Counted from the first letter of the stretch, positions 36,809-47,061 are shown. The stretch is 64,000 bases of DNA from Tagaea sp. (GCA_965279525.1 CBDIIB010000004.1:608001-672000); one strand, 5' to 3'. Notes: generated from the letters alone by a model not told the origin. Translations and numbers: made by a program.

Positions 36809-39799
36809 TCAGAACCGGAGCTCGGCCCGGGGCTTGGCATCCGCGTTTTCTTCCACGACGGGCCTGCACTCGAAGATGCGGGCCGCATCGACCCTGTCAT
36901 TCTCCACCAACCGGCGTTTGACTGCCTCACCGCGTGCGGCGGCAAGCCGGCGCAACGCGTTCTCATCGACCTGACCACGCGCACCCGGGCGGCGCGGCAG
37001 CGTCTCGATGTCGGCCGGCACCGCGAAGCCGCAAACCTCCAGCCGTGCCGCAGGCCGCGCGATCAACAGCTTGGCAAGACCCGCGACGATCTCTCCCGTC
37101 GCCGCGTCGAACGTGTTCGACCCCGGCGGGAAAGCGATGACCGGAAGCGCCACACCGGTTCCGCGCCGTTCCGCATCCATTATCGACGAGAAGAATGTCC
37201 CTATCGGAAAGAGCACGGTCAGCGTGGTCGACAACGCACCGCGCAGCGCGCCGCCGACGGCCTGCCGGACCGCGTCCGCGGTATCGAAAGTCGGATCGTA
37301 GAGCTCGCCGGCGACGGGAATCTCCAGTTCGATGTTGTTGTCGTCGTCCGAAAGGAGCGACAGCACGGTACCGACCGGCGCACCCGCCTGTTCCGCAAGC
37401 GCACCCGCATCGCGCTCGTCGAGCCTGACATTCGCCAGGCGCCACTTCGTCATGCCTTCGAGCTTCTCCTCTCGCGCGACGATGCGCCCTTCGATGGAGG
37501 CGGTGCCCGTGCGCACGTCGACGCCGAGCGCGTCGTCGGCATAGGCCGAAATCGGCGGCAGGTCGATCGCGCGCGCGGCGAACTCGATGTCGAACGACAG
37601 GCGGGGTGCGAACGGGAACGCGGTTCCGCTGGCTTTGGCGCTTCCGAAGCTGCCGACACGGGCATCGAGCGTCACGATGCTCGGCCGTTCCGGGCGCCGG
37701 TCGTCGATATCGGAAACCGTGAGCGCAAGCCGTTCGAACGGCACGCGGACGACAGCGTGCGGCGTGCGGTCCTCGAAGGTTCCGCGGCCATTGACGACTT
37801 CGAGGCGTCCGAGCGACAGACCGGGCGACGGCGCCACCGGACCGGACGCGCCGGGCACAGGCGGTGCGCCCCGCTCGAAACTGAGCAGACCGTTCTTGGT
37901 CCGCGTGACGCGGACCGTCGGCCGGTCGAAGCGAAGCAGTGCCACCGCGATGCCGCCTTCGGGCGATATCCGCGCATCCTCGATCGACGCGGCCGGTGCC
38001 CGCAGGCGCCATCCGAATGCTTCACGCCCCGCCATCGCCTTCTCGCGACGCAGCACGCGCGGTTCCAAGATCGTCGCACGCAACGCGCTCGTCCCCGCCT
38101 GGCCGAATGCGAACCCGGCTAGCTCGACGGAGCCGGCCGCGAACAGTTCGCGCGCCGTCGCGTCGACGACGCGCACGCCGCCCAGCTTCACGCCTCCTTC
38201 GGCAGTTGCCGGTGCGGGTCCAGCCGACAGACTGCCGTCGTACCCGGCGGAATCCATCGATGCCACGATGTCGGCCGCAGGTACGGCCAGGCGCAGTTTT
38301 CCGGCATCGAGCTTGCCGGTGGCCGTCGCACCGTCGGCGCGCAGATCGATCGATCCGTCGTATTTCGCGTTCGCTGCGGTGAAGTCGACGTCAGCCGTCC
38401 GCGCGGCCGCCCCGTCGATCGATATCGTGCCACGAACGGTCCCGTTTCCGTCCTCGAGATCGACCCGGAGCGTCTCCATCGCGACGCGACCGGCAGCGAA
38501 GCGTTCGCCGGCACGCTCGAAGACCGGCACCCCGACGGCCAGACCGCCCTCGAATGTCCGGGCTTTCGCCGCGGCAGATGCGATCCCCTGGACCTGAAGG
38601 GTGTCTGCGCGAAGCGTGCCCGCCGCTGACTTGCCGGCGATCGACGCCGCTGCGAGCGTAAAGCGGCCATCGACCTTGCCGTCCGCCGCAAGCCGTAGCT
38701 GCTGCATGTCGACCCGCGCGGTCTGCACCGATGCTTCGCCCGAGCCGTCCATCGACAAGACAGCATCGTCGACATCGAGCGATCCGGAGATGGCCGCGGA
38801 TCCGCCGATCGCCGCATCGAACGCACCGTCGATGCGCAGTGCGCCGAACGTCGCGCGCACGGCGTCTTCGGCGAACTTCAGGCCGGCCGCGTCGAGCACG
38901 CCCTTGCCCTGTATACGCCGGGCATCCGGCATCGTCAGGCTGCCGGTCCAGGAGATGGATCCGGCCGACAGGCCCGCGATCGAAGGCGCACGGATCGCGA
39001 TCTTGCCTTCGGCCGTCGCGCGCCCGGTGGTGTCACGCTCGATCTCGAGTGATGCATCGAGCGTTCCGGCGAGTGCTGGTGCAAGCAGCGCCGAAAAAGG
39101 TCCGAGCGACACGGCATCGGCTTCCAGGCGCACGGAAAATGTCGGGATCGGCGCAAACGGCATCGCCGTTCCGACGACCTTCAGCGGGCGTCCGCCGACA
39201 GTCGCCGCGAGTTCGTAGCCGACCTGCGATGCCGGATTGCCGATCGCGAGATCGGACATGGCAAGCCTTGCGATCTCGACCTCGATGCGCGTCGTCCCGC
39301 TTCGAAGCGTGACGCGCGATTCCGTCAGTTCGAGATTCCCGATCCCGAGTGCCAGGGCCGGCTTGTCGGTAATGGTCGTGGCCTGCGCAGGGGCGGCCGC
39401 GACCGGAAAACCGGCGATGCGGATGTCGCCATCGCTCCCGCGCACGATCTCGATCGCGAGCCCCGATATCCGCGCGTGCGGCACGTCGATCCGGCCATCG
39501 AGCAGGGCCGCAGGCGAGATGCTGAGATCGGCCAGATCGAGATGGACAACCCCGCCACCGGGCTGTTCGAGTTCGATGCGGCCGATATCGATGCGCCGGC
39601 CGAGCAGCGAAACCGATGCTTCGCCCATGTCGATCACGCGATAGCCCAGAGTTGCGAAGCTGCGGTCCAGCGCGAAGCGCAGGCCCGCACTCGGGCCCCA
39701 CCAGAAAGCCGCGGCAACCGCCACGGCACCCAGTGTCATCGCCAGCCAAAGGACGGGTCTGGCACGTAAGTAGGAGCGCGGCCGATCCGGAGTTTCCAT
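36809..39799 (-). CDS. DUF748/AsmA-like membrane-anchored beta-rich protein with OmpA-like C-terminus
   Basis: N-terminal TM; long beta-strand pattern; LSLLSDDDNNIELEIPVAG..DPTF; FPPGS...LEVCGFA...LAAARGEAVKRRL. Confidence 0.75.
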   Translation of the reverse strand: METPDRPRSYLRARPVLWLAMTLGAVAVAAAFWWGPSAGLRFALDRSFATLGYRVIDMGEASVSLLGRRIDIGRIELEQPGGGVVHLDLADLSISPAALLDGRIDVPHARISGLAIEIVRGSDGDIRIAGFPVAAAPAQATTITDKPALALGIGNLELTESRVTLRSGTTRIEVEIARLAMSDLAIGNPASQVGYELAATVGGRPLKVVGTAMPFAPIPTFSVRLEADAVSLGPFSALLAPALAGTLDASLEIERDTTGRATAEGKIAIRAPSIAGLSAGSISWTGSLTMPDARRIQGKGVLDAAGLKFAEDAVRATFGALRIDGAFDAAIGGSAAISGSLDVDDAVLSMDGSGEASVQTARVDMQQLRLAADGKVDGRFTLAAASIAGKSAAGTLRADTLQVQGIASAAAKARTFEGGLAVGVPVFERAGERFAAGRVAMETLRVDLEDGNGTVRGTISIDGAAARTADVDFTAANAKYDGSIDLRADGATATGKLDAGKLRLAVPAADIVASMDSAGYDGSLSAGPAPATAEGGVKLGGVRVVDATARELFAAGSVELAGFAFGQAGTSALRATILEPRVLRREKAMAGREAFGWRLRAPAASIEDARISPEGGIAVALLRFDRPTVRVTRTKNGLLSFERGAPPVPGASGPVAPSPGLSLGRLEVVNGRGTFEDRTPHAVVRVPFERLALTVSDIDDRRPERPSIVTLDARVGSFGSAKASGTAFPFAPRLSFDIEFAARAIDLPPISAYADDALGVDVRTGTASIEGRIVAREEKLEGMTKWRLANVRLDERDAGALAEQAGAPVGTVLSLLSDDDNNIELEIPVAGELYDPTFDTADAVRQAVGGALRGALSTTLTVLFPIGTFFSSIMDAERRGTGVALPVIAFPPGSNTFDAATGEIVAGLAKLLIARPAARLEVCGFAVPADIETLPRRPGARGQVDENALRRLAAARGEAVKRRLVENDRVDAARIFECRPVVEENADAKPRAELRF

Positions 39800-39920
39800 G
39801 CTGTGATCTAACTCTATGATATTACATGCAAATGGAATAGCTCAAAACAACGCTGGCGACGGGGTCGCTATTCGGATATCATTTTAGCATTAGAACTAAT
39901 TATCCAACGGGAGAAACCCA

Positions 39921-40121
39921 ATGGCACTTACCATCTCAAGCGTTGCCGGTGATTCGGCCATCTCTGCACTTGCCGGCGCAAACTCCAGCGTGAAGCAGGC
40001 TGCGGCGATTTCGTCGTTCAAGGCCGCAAACGACGCGCAGGAAGCACTCGTCGGACTCGTCGCCTCGATCAAGCCACCGGAAGATTCCGGTCGCGGCCGC
40101 ACGGTCGACGTCCAGGCCTGA
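39921..40121 (+). CDS. Small YjfB-like (putative motility-associated) protein
   Basis: GGGAGA RBS; Ala/Ser helix and C-terminal GRGRTVDVQA. Confidence 0.65.
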   Translation: MALTISSVAGDSAISALAGANSSVKQAAAISSFKAANDAQEALVGLVASIKPPEDSGRGRTVDVQA

Positions 40122-40142
40122 ATTCGGTTTTGTCGTCCTGAC

Positions 40143-40173
40143 AGCCCTGCCCGCAGGTCGCGCGGCGGGGCTT
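40143..40173. terminator. Imperfect hairpin between convergent genes
   Basis: AGCCCTGCCCGC...GCGCGGCGGGGCT. Confidence 0.4.
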
Positions 40174-40186
40174 CAGGCGTTTTGAT

Positions 40187-41491
40187 TCAGCCGATCGGCC
40201 GGATGAAGGTCGGATCGACTTGGGCGTGCGTCAGGTTGCTGCCGGTGAAATTCGTCCCTTCCAGCACGCATTCGCGCAAGTCGGCGGCGCCGAGATTCGT
40301 GTGACCGAGATCGGCCCCGGACAGGATCGCCCGGCGAAGATCCGCATTCGAAAGATCGGCGTGCCATAGCCGGGTGCGCTCGAGGTTGGCCGCCATGATC
40401 TGCCCGTCGGGGCCGCCGATCCGGACCGGCTGGAGGTTGGTGCCGACGAGTTTCGCGTGGGCAAGAAAACCCCGCTTCAGCGTCGCCGCGCGCATGTCGG
40501 CGCCCGACAGGTCTGCCGAGTTCAGGTCCGCCAGGGAAAAATCGGTCAGCACGAGCGTGGCCCCGCGAAAGCTGGCTCCGCCCGCATAGGCATTGCGCAA
40601 CAATGCGCCGGACATGTCCTGGCCGTCGAAATTGAGCCCCATCAGGTTGACGTTCGAAAGATCGAGCCGCTTGCCGGCACCGCCCTGCGTGGCGATCCAG
40701 CGCGCGTGCAGGACCATGGAGTCCTCGATTTTCTCGCTGAGAACCCGCAGCCGGATCGACGGATTGCCCGCGATCTCGAAAGCCCTGCGCACGCTGGCAT
40801 CGAGAATGGCGCCGCTTGCATCCGCATCGCCGAGCGTGACGCCTTCGAACGCGGCGCCGATCGCGACCGCTCCGCGCAGATTGGCGCCCGAAAGGTTGCA
40901 GTTGCGCACGCCCGCTTCGCGCAGGTCGGCGCCCGTGAAATTCGCATTGCGGAAGTCGACGCCGTCGAGCTGCGCGCCGACAAGCTTGGAGTCCGAAAGG
41001 TCGACCTGCATGGCGATCGTACGCGTCAGCCGGGCGCCCGTCAGATTGACCCCCCGGAAGGTCGCGGTCGCGGCATCGACCGCACCGCCTTGCGTATCTT
41101 CGGAAAGGCCTTGCGACCCCTGGCGGGCGAGCGCTCCCTCGCGCATGTCCGCTTCGACCATGTTCGCCGACGTGAGATCGGCCCCGCGCAGGTTGGCCCC
41201 GCGCAGGTCGGCGTGCGTGAGCACGGCGCCCTGCATGCGCGCGAACCGCAGGTCGGCGCAGAAAAGCGTGGCGCCGGTGAAATTCGTCCCGCGCGCCGAG
41301 CAGCCCTTCAGGCGCGCGCCGGTGAAATCGGCACCGGCGAAATCGAGCCCGTCGATCTCCAGTTCGGAAAGGTCGAAGAACGCGAGCTTCGCGCGACGCC
41401 CGTCAGGAAGGCGCTGGTTGTAACGCTGGTTTGCGGCGGCGATGTCGCGCAACGTCGCGCGATCGATGCGGGTCAGCGGGCGGGCGCTCAT
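40187..41491 (-). CDS. Pentapeptide-repeat protein (two-lobed), paralog of 35516..36808
   Basis: A(D/N)L/Fxx repeats; HARWIATQGGAGKRLDLS second cap; same loop insertions (DMREGA, NLQPV). Confidence 0.9.
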   Translation of the reverse strand: MSARPLTRIDRATLRDIAAANQRYNQRLPDGRRAKLAFFDLSELEIDGLDFAGADFTGARLKGCSARGTNFTGATLFCADLRFARMQGAVLTHADLRGANLRGADLTSANMVEADMREGALARQGSQGLSEDTQGGAVDAATATFRGVNLTGARLTRTIAMQVDLSDSKLVGAQLDGVDFRNANFTGADLREAGVRNCNLSGANLRGAVAIGAAFEGVTLGDADASGAILDASVRRAFEIAGNPSIRLRVLSEKIEDSMVLHARWIATQGGAGKRLDLSNVNLMGLNFDGQDMSGALLRNAYAGGASFRGATLVLTDFSLADLNSADLSGADMRAATLKRGFLAHAKLVGTNLQPVRIGGPDGQIMAANLERTRLWHADLSNADLRRAILSGADLGHTNLGAADLRECVLEGTNFTGSNLTHAQVDPTFIRPIG

Positions 41492-41772
41492 GCTTGCGCT
41501 TCCCCTGCCGGCCTGCCCGATACCGATCGCATCGCCACGCGACGGCATATGTCTTCGGCGTGCACTACCTGCTCCACTCGTCACTCGACATCACGGACTT
41601 CGACTCTGCCACATCCGGCAGGCGTTTACCGCTCTCACGTCCGTTCGCGCGCGTTCCGGCGTCAGAACGCCGCTTACCACTCTGCGGTCCGCTCGCTGAA
41701 AATTTTCTTTCCACGACACTTCAAGCCCGTTCCAATCGCACTCGGCGCACTGGCGGAATCTAGCTGTCGGTG

Positions 41773-41788
41773 GTGAATTATTGCTTAA
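41773..41788 (-). promoter_or_regulatory. CtrA-like box TTAA-GCAATAA-TTCAC followed by a GCTAGAT -10-like element
   Basis: One mismatch to TTAA-N7-TTAAC; oriented toward the pentapeptide gene. Confidence 0.5.
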
Positions 41789-41791
41789 TGC

Positions 41792-43540
41792 CTAAACTTC
41801 CGAGGCGTCTTCGATCTGGAGCTGGACGCGCGCCGTGCCGCGGTAGGTATCAAGCTTGAGCCGACCAAGAACATGAATGCTCGCGCCGTCCCGTCGCAGC
41901 AAAATTTCCCCTAGCGGCGTTTCAACCGCGCGAAACGCGATCGCCGACAGCCGGGCACCGCGCGAATCCTGTAGGAAACACCGTACATGACGCTCGCCGA
42001 CGATGTCGGCCTTCGCGACCCGTATTGCGGGAAACACAAACCGGGGCTCGGGATTGCCCATGCCGTAGGGGCCGACCTTGTCGAGTTCGCCGATCAGTTC
42101 GGCATTGGCCGAGGCGAGCGACAGGGTCCCGTCGTAAGCCACGACGGTGCGGCGCTCGGCCGACTTCAGGTGTTCGGCCAGGCGTCCGGCCAGAAACGCG
42201 CGCAAAGGGCCGATTGCGTCGCGCGCGACCGTCAGGCCGGCCGCGTTGGCATGACCGCCCCCGTTGATCAGCAGGCCCGCCTCCCGTGCCGCGATGACCG
42301 ATGCGCCGAGATCCCAGCCGAAACCCGAGCGCGCGGAGCCCTTGCCGGTCTCGCCGTCGATCGCGATGACGAGTGCCGGCCGTTCGAACCTGTCCTTGAG
42401 CCGGCTTGCGACGATGCCGATGACGCCGGGATGCCACCCCTCGCCCGCCACGACGAGCAGGTCGCCGTCCGATTGAGCTTCGGCTGCAGCCATCGCGGCA
42501 CCCAGCACTTCCGCTTCGATGCGCTGGCGCTCGCGATTGTAGCCGTCGAGGCGACGGGCGAGATCGGCCGCTTCCGCGGGATCGCCGCTGGTGAGCAGCC
42601 GCACGCCGAGATCGGCCTCGCCGACCCGTCCGCCGGCATTGACGCGCGGACCGAGCAGGAAGCCGAGATGGAAGGCCTGTGCCCGCTCCTGCAGGCCGGC
42701 GACGTCCGCCAGTGCGGCAATGCCGATGCGCGAGCGTGCCTGGATCGCCTTCAGGCCCTGCGCCACGAACGCGCGGTTGAGGCCGTTGAGCGGCACCACG
42801 TCGCACACCGTGCCGAGTGCCACCAGATCGAGATACGGCAGTAGATCGACCTGCGGCTTTCCGGCAAGGCGCAGCGCACGGTTGATCGCCACCGCCAGCA
42901 GGAATGCCACGCCGACGGCGGCAAGCTGGCCATGCTCGCTCTCGTCGTCCATCCGGTTGGGATTGACGATGGCGAATGCCGCCGGCAGACGGGCTTCGGC
43001 GGCATGATGGTCGACGACGATCACGTCGAGACCGGCCTCGCGTGCGGCTTCGAGGGGCGCATGCGCGGTCGTCCCGCAATCGACCGTGACGACGACGCCG
43101 GCCCCTTCAGCGCGCAACTTGAGCAGGGCCGGCGCGTTCGGGCCGTAGCCTTCCTTCATCCGGTCGGGAATATAGTGTCGCACGTCGCCGCCGGCGGCCG
43201 TCAGCACGCCGTGCAGAAGTGCCGCCGACGTCGCCCCGTCCACGTCGTAGTCGCCGAAGATCGCGATGGGCTCACGCGCGTCGAGTGCCGCGACAAGCCG
43301 TGCGACGGACTTGTCCATGTCCTTGAGATGCGAGGGGTCCGGCAGCAGATCGCGCAGCCTGGGATCGAGAAAGCCGGCAGCCGACTCTTCCGGAATGCCG
43401 CGTCCGACCAGGATGCGCGCGACGGTCTCGCTCACTCCGAGACGCTGGGCGAGGCCGAGGATGCGGCTCGTCTCGCCGCTTCGGGGCTGCCAGCGCCGGC
43501 CGAGAGCCGAGCGCTCGATGCCCGCGAAGGCCGCGCTCAC
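41792..43540 (-). CDS. recJ: ssDNA exonuclease RecJ
   Basis: GDYDVDG, EGYG, TVDCG, DHH, PRVNAGGR, GGHANAAG. Confidence 0.97.
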   Translation of the reverse strand: MSAAFAGIERSALGRRWQPRSGETSRILGLAQRLGVSETVARILVGRGIPEESAAGFLDPRLRDLLPDPSHLKDMDKSVARLVAALDAREPIAIFGDYDVDGATSAALLHGVLTAAGGDVRHYIPDRMKEGYGPNAPALLKLRAEGAGVVVTVDCGTTAHAPLEAAREAGLDVIVVDHHAAEARLPAAFAIVNPNRMDDESEHGQLAAVGVAFLLAVAINRALRLAGKPQVDLLPYLDLVALGTVCDVVPLNGLNRAFVAQGLKAIQARSRIGIAALADVAGLQERAQAFHLGFLLGPRVNAGGRVGEADLGVRLLTSGDPAEAADLARRLDGYNRERQRIEAEVLGAAMAAAEAQSDGDLLVVAGEGWHPGVIGIVASRLKDRFERPALVIAIDGETGKGSARSGFGWDLGASVIAAREAGLLINGGGHANAAGLTVARDAIGPLRAFLAGRLAEHLKSAERRTVVAYDGTLSLASANAELIGELDKVGPYGMGNPEPRFVFPAIRVAKADIVGERHVRCFLQDSRGARLSAIAFRAVETPLGEILLRRDGASIHVLGRLKLDTYRGTARVQLQIEDASEV

Positions 43541-44508
43541 GGGCCCGGCTTGACCCGGTAATTGTGGGTCGCCTCGACGACGCGCACGGTGCCCGTCTTC
43601 GAGCGCATGATGATCGAATGCGTCGATGCCCCGCCCGGAAAGCGGCGGATGCCCTTCAGCATCGAGCCGTCCGTCACACCGGTTGCCGCGAACATGACGT
43701 CGCCCTTGGCAAGTTCGAGGATCCCGTACTTGCGGTTCAGATCCTTGATGCCGAGGCGCGTCGCCCGGCCCTTCTCGTCGTCGTTGCGGAACAGCAGGCG
43801 TCCCTGGATGTGGCCGCCGATGCAGCGCAGTGCCGCCGCCGCCAGCACGCCCTCGGGCGCACCGCCCGAACCCATGTAGATGTCGACGCCGGAGTCCGGG
43901 CGCGACGTCGCGATCACGCCCGACACGTCGCCGTCCGATATCAGCATGATGCGCGTACCGGTCTCGCGGACCCTGGCGATGAGTTCGGCGTGACGCGGCC
44001 GGTCGAGGATGCAGACCACGAGATCCGAGAGATCGACGCCCTTGGCCTTGGCGAGGTTCTTGAGATTCTCTTCGGGCTTCATGTCGAGATCGACGACGCC
44101 GTCCGGAAGGCCGCCGCCGACCGCGATCTTGTCCATGTAGACGTCGGGCGCGTTGAGGAACCCGCCCTGCTCGGCCATCGCGATGACCGCAAGCGCGTTC
44201 GGACCACCCTTGGCCGTGATCGTGGTGCCTTCGAGCGGGTCGAGTGCGATGTCCACCTTCGGGCCGCCCTGCCCGACCTTCTCGCCGATATAGAGCATCG
44301 GCGCTTCGTCGCGTTCGCCCTCACCGATGACCACCGTGCCGTCGATGGCAAGCGAGTTGAGCGCGCGGCGCATCGCGTCGACGGCCGCCTGGTCGGCCGC
44401 CTTCTCGTCGCCGCGCCCCATCAGGCGGGACGCCGCGAGGGCGGCCGCCTCGGTCACGCGCACGACCTCGAGGGCGAGGTTGCGATCGAGCGAAATGGGA
44501 GTGGACAT
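43537..44508 (-). CDS. glpX: Class II fructose-1,6-bisphosphatase
   Basis: VRVTEAAAL, GEGERDEAPML, DPLEGT, DGDV, GGAPEGV. Confidence 0.97.
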   Translation of the reverse strand: MSTPISLDRNLALEVVRVTEAAALAASRLMGRGDEKAADQAAVDAMRRALNSLAIDGTVVIGEGERDEAPMLYIGEKVGQGGPKVDIALDPLEGTTITAKGGPNALAVIAMAEQGGFLNAPDVYMDKIAVGGGLPDGVVDLDMKPEENLKNLAKAKGVDLSDLVVCILDRPRHAELIARVRETGTRIMLISDGDVSGVIATSRPDSGVDIYMGSGGAPEGVLAAAALRCIGGHIQGRLLFRNDDEKGRATRLGIKDLNRKYGILELAKGDVMFAATGVTDGSMLKGIRRFPGGASTHSIIMRSKTGTVRVVEATHNYRVKPGP

Positions 44509-44533
44509 CGGTTGCTCCGTCTTTTTCATCGCG

Positions 44534-45826
44534 TCAGAGGCTTTCGATGCGCACGACGACCGGCGCTTCGAGTACCGCACCGAGCTTGGCGATGCGTTCG
44601 AGGGCGCGCGACATCGCGGCCTCATGGGTATCGTGGGTGACGAGGACGACCGGCACGCGTTCGTCGGGTGCGCGCCCGCGCTGCAGCATCGATGCGAGGC
44701 TGACCGCTTCGTCGCGCAGGGCGGCCGTCACGTCGGCGATCACGCCGGGCCGGTCGATCACGTCGAGGCGGATATAGTATCCGCCGCGGCGCTCGGAAAT
44801 GCCAAGCCGCGTCGGCACGGCAAGCTCGCCGGCCGGAAGCTGGAAGGTCATCGGCCGGCGGCCGTGCGCGATGTCGACGAGATCGGCGACGACCGCCGAA
44901 GCCGTCGGGCCCGCACCTGCCCCGCGCCCTTCGGCGACGACGCGTCCGACGAAATCGCCCTCGGCGACGACGGCGTTGTAGACGTCCTCGACATGCGCGA
45001 TCGGCGTCTCGAGCGGCACCATGCACGGATGCACGCGCTGCATGAGGCCGTCCTCGCCAAGTTCTGCGATGCCCAGCAACTTGATCCGGAAGCCGAGCTC
45101 GCGCGCGAACTGGATGTCGACAGCCCCGATGCGCCGGATGCCTTCGATATGGACCGAGCCGATGTCGATACGCGTGCCGAACGCCACACCGGCAAGGATC
45201 GCAAGCTTGTGCGCCGCATCCACGCCGTCGACGTCGAAGCTCGGGTCGGCTTCGGCGTAGCCGAGCTTCTGCGCGTCCGCCAGTACGTCCGCGAAGGCAC
45301 GGCCGGACTTGCGCATCTGCGTGAGGATGTAGTTGCAGGTGCCGTTCAGGATTCCGTAGACGCGGTGGATCCGGTTCGCGGCAAGTCCCTCGCGGATCGA
45401 CTTGATGATCGGGATGCCGCCGGCGACCGCCGCCTCGTAGGCGATCGTCAGCCCCTTGGCCTCGGCCAGTGCTGCCAGCGTCGTTCCGTGATGGGCAAGC
45501 AGCGCCTTGTTTGCCGTGACGACGTGCCGGCCCTTCGAAAGGGCGGTCTCGCAAACGCGCCGGGCAATTCCTTCGGCCCCGCCGATTAGTTCGACGACCA
45601 CGTCGCAGTCCGCGTCGGCGGCCATCTTCGCCGCATCGTCGAACCATGCGATGCCCGAAAGATCCACGCCGCGCGCCTTGGCGCGGTCGCGCGCGGACAC
45701 GGCGACGATCTCGAGCGGCCGCCCGCCGCGCCGTGCGATCAACGCGCCGTTCTTCGCGACGACCTGAAGGACGCCGGCGCCGACCGTGCCAAGGCCGGCG
45801 ATCGCGATCCGGATTGGCTGGCTCAT
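44534..45826 (-). CDS. hom: Homoserine dehydrogenase with ACT domain
   Basis: GLGTVG, VTANK, EAAVAGGIP, GILNGTCNY, GYAEADP, GAGAGPTAS. Confidence 0.96.
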   Translation of the reverse strand: MSQPIRIAIAGLGTVGAGVLQVVAKNGALIARRGGRPLEIVAVSARDRAKARGVDLSGIAWFDDAAKMAADADCDVVVELIGGAEGIARRVCETALSKGRHVVTANKALLAHHGTTLAALAEAKGLTIAYEAAVAGGIPIIKSIREGLAANRIHRVYGILNGTCNYILTQMRKSGRAFADVLADAQKLGYAEADPSFDVDGVDAAHKLAILAGVAFGTRIDIGSVHIEGIRRIGAVDIQFARELGFRIKLLGIAELGEDGLMQRVHPCMVPLETPIAHVEDVYNAVVAEGDFVGRVVAEGRGAGAGPTASAVVADLVDIAHGRRPMTFQLPAGELAVPTRLGISERRGGYYIRLDVIDRPGVIADVTAALRDEAVSLASMLQRGRAPDERVPVVLVTHDTHEAAMSRALERIAKLGAVLEAPVVVRIESL

Positions 45827-47061
45827 GCCGATGCTTTTTGTTTCTGCGTCGGCGGATCTGGCAAGCGATCTGCGGCCGACATGAACTGCTTGATGTGGCG
45901 CACGGCCTGCCGGATGCGCTGGACGTTCTCGACGAGTGCGAGACGTACGTGCCCGTCGCCGTACTCGCCGAAACCGATACCCGGCGAGACGGCGACCTTC
46001 GCCTCGCGCATCAGGAGCTTGGCGAACTCGAGCGAACCGAGGGCAGCGAACTGCGGCGGGATCGGAGCCCATGCGAACATCGATGCCGGCGGGCTCGGCA
46101 CGTTCCATCCGGCCTGTGCCAACCCCTGGATCAGCACGTCGCGGCGCTGGCGGTAGGTCTCGCGCGCCTCGGCCACGCAATCCTGCGGGCCGTTGAGGGC
46201 GGCGGCGGCAGCGACCTGCACGGGCGTGAACGCGCCATAGTCGAGATACGACTTGATGCGCGCCAGCGCCTTGATCAGCGTCTTGTTGCCGGCCGCGAAA
46301 CCGACGCGCCACCCGGCCATCGAATAGGTCTTGCTCATCGACGTGAATTCGACCGCGACGTCCTTCGCCCCCGGGACCTGGAGGATCGACGGCGGCGGTT
46401 TGTCGTCGAAATAGATCTCCGCATAGGCGACATCGGACAGGATCCAGATGCCGTGTTCCCGGCAGAACGCGACGCATCGCTCGTAGAACGACAGGTCGAC
46501 GACCTGTGCGGTCGGGTTCGACGGATAGTTGAGGATCAGCGCCAGCGGCTTGGGCACCGAATGGCGGACCGCGCGCTCCATCGCCGCGAAAAACGCTTCC
46601 ACGCCCTCGGGCGTCGACACGTCGGTCGGCAGGTGGCGGATCGAAGCACCCGCCATGATGAAGCCGTAGGGATGGATCGGATAGCTCGGGTTCGGTACGA
46701 GGATCACGTCGCCGGGACTGGTGATCGCCTGTGCGAGATTGGCAAGCCCTTCCTTCGAGCCGAGCGTGACGATCGTCTCGGTCTCGGGATCGAGATCGAC
46801 GCCGAAGCGGCGACCGTAATAGGCCGCATGCGCCTTGCGCAGGCCGGGAATGCCGCGCGACATCGAATAGCGGTGCGTGCGCGGATCGGCGACGGCTTCC
46901 GTGAGCTTGGCCACGATATGCGGCGGCGTGGGCAGGTCCGGATTGCCCATGCCGAGATCGATCACATCGTCGCCGACGGCCCGTGCCTTGGCCTTCTGCA
47001 TGTTCACTTCCGCGAACACGTAGGGGGGCAGCCGCTTGATGCGATAGAAATCGTCCTGCAT
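45823..47061 (-). CDS. Class I/II PLP aminotransferase (AlaC / LL-DAP aminotransferase-like)
   Basis: RLPPYVF, DLGMGNPD, GSKEG, NYPSNPT, SKTYSMAGWRVG. Confidence 0.92.
   Translation of the reverse strand: MQDDFYRIKRLPPYVFAEVNMQKAKARAVGDDVIDLGMGNPDLPTPPHIVAKLTEAVADPRTHRYSMSRGIPGLRKAHAAYYGRRFGVDLDPETETIVTLGSKEGLANLAQAITSPGDVILVPNPSYPIHPYGFIMAGASIRHLPTDVSTPEGVEAFFAAMERAVRHSVPKPLALILNYPSNPTAQVVDLSFYERCVAFCREHGIWILSDVAYAEIYFDDKPPPSILQVPGAKDVAVEFTSMSKTYSMAGWRVGFAAGNKTLIKALARIKSYLDYGAFTPVQVAAAAALNGPQDCVAEARETYRQRRDVLIQGLAQAGWNVPSPPASMFAWAPIPPQFAALGSLEFAKLLMREAKVAVSPGIGFGEYGDGHVRLALVENVQRIRQAVRHIKQFMSAADRLPDPPTQKQKASA

Noticed and set aside
35516-41491. Qnr/MfpA quinolone-resistance call for the pentapeptide proteins
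   Set aside because: About twice the length of Qnr, two-lobed with caps, chromosomal context; no specific similarity can be supported.
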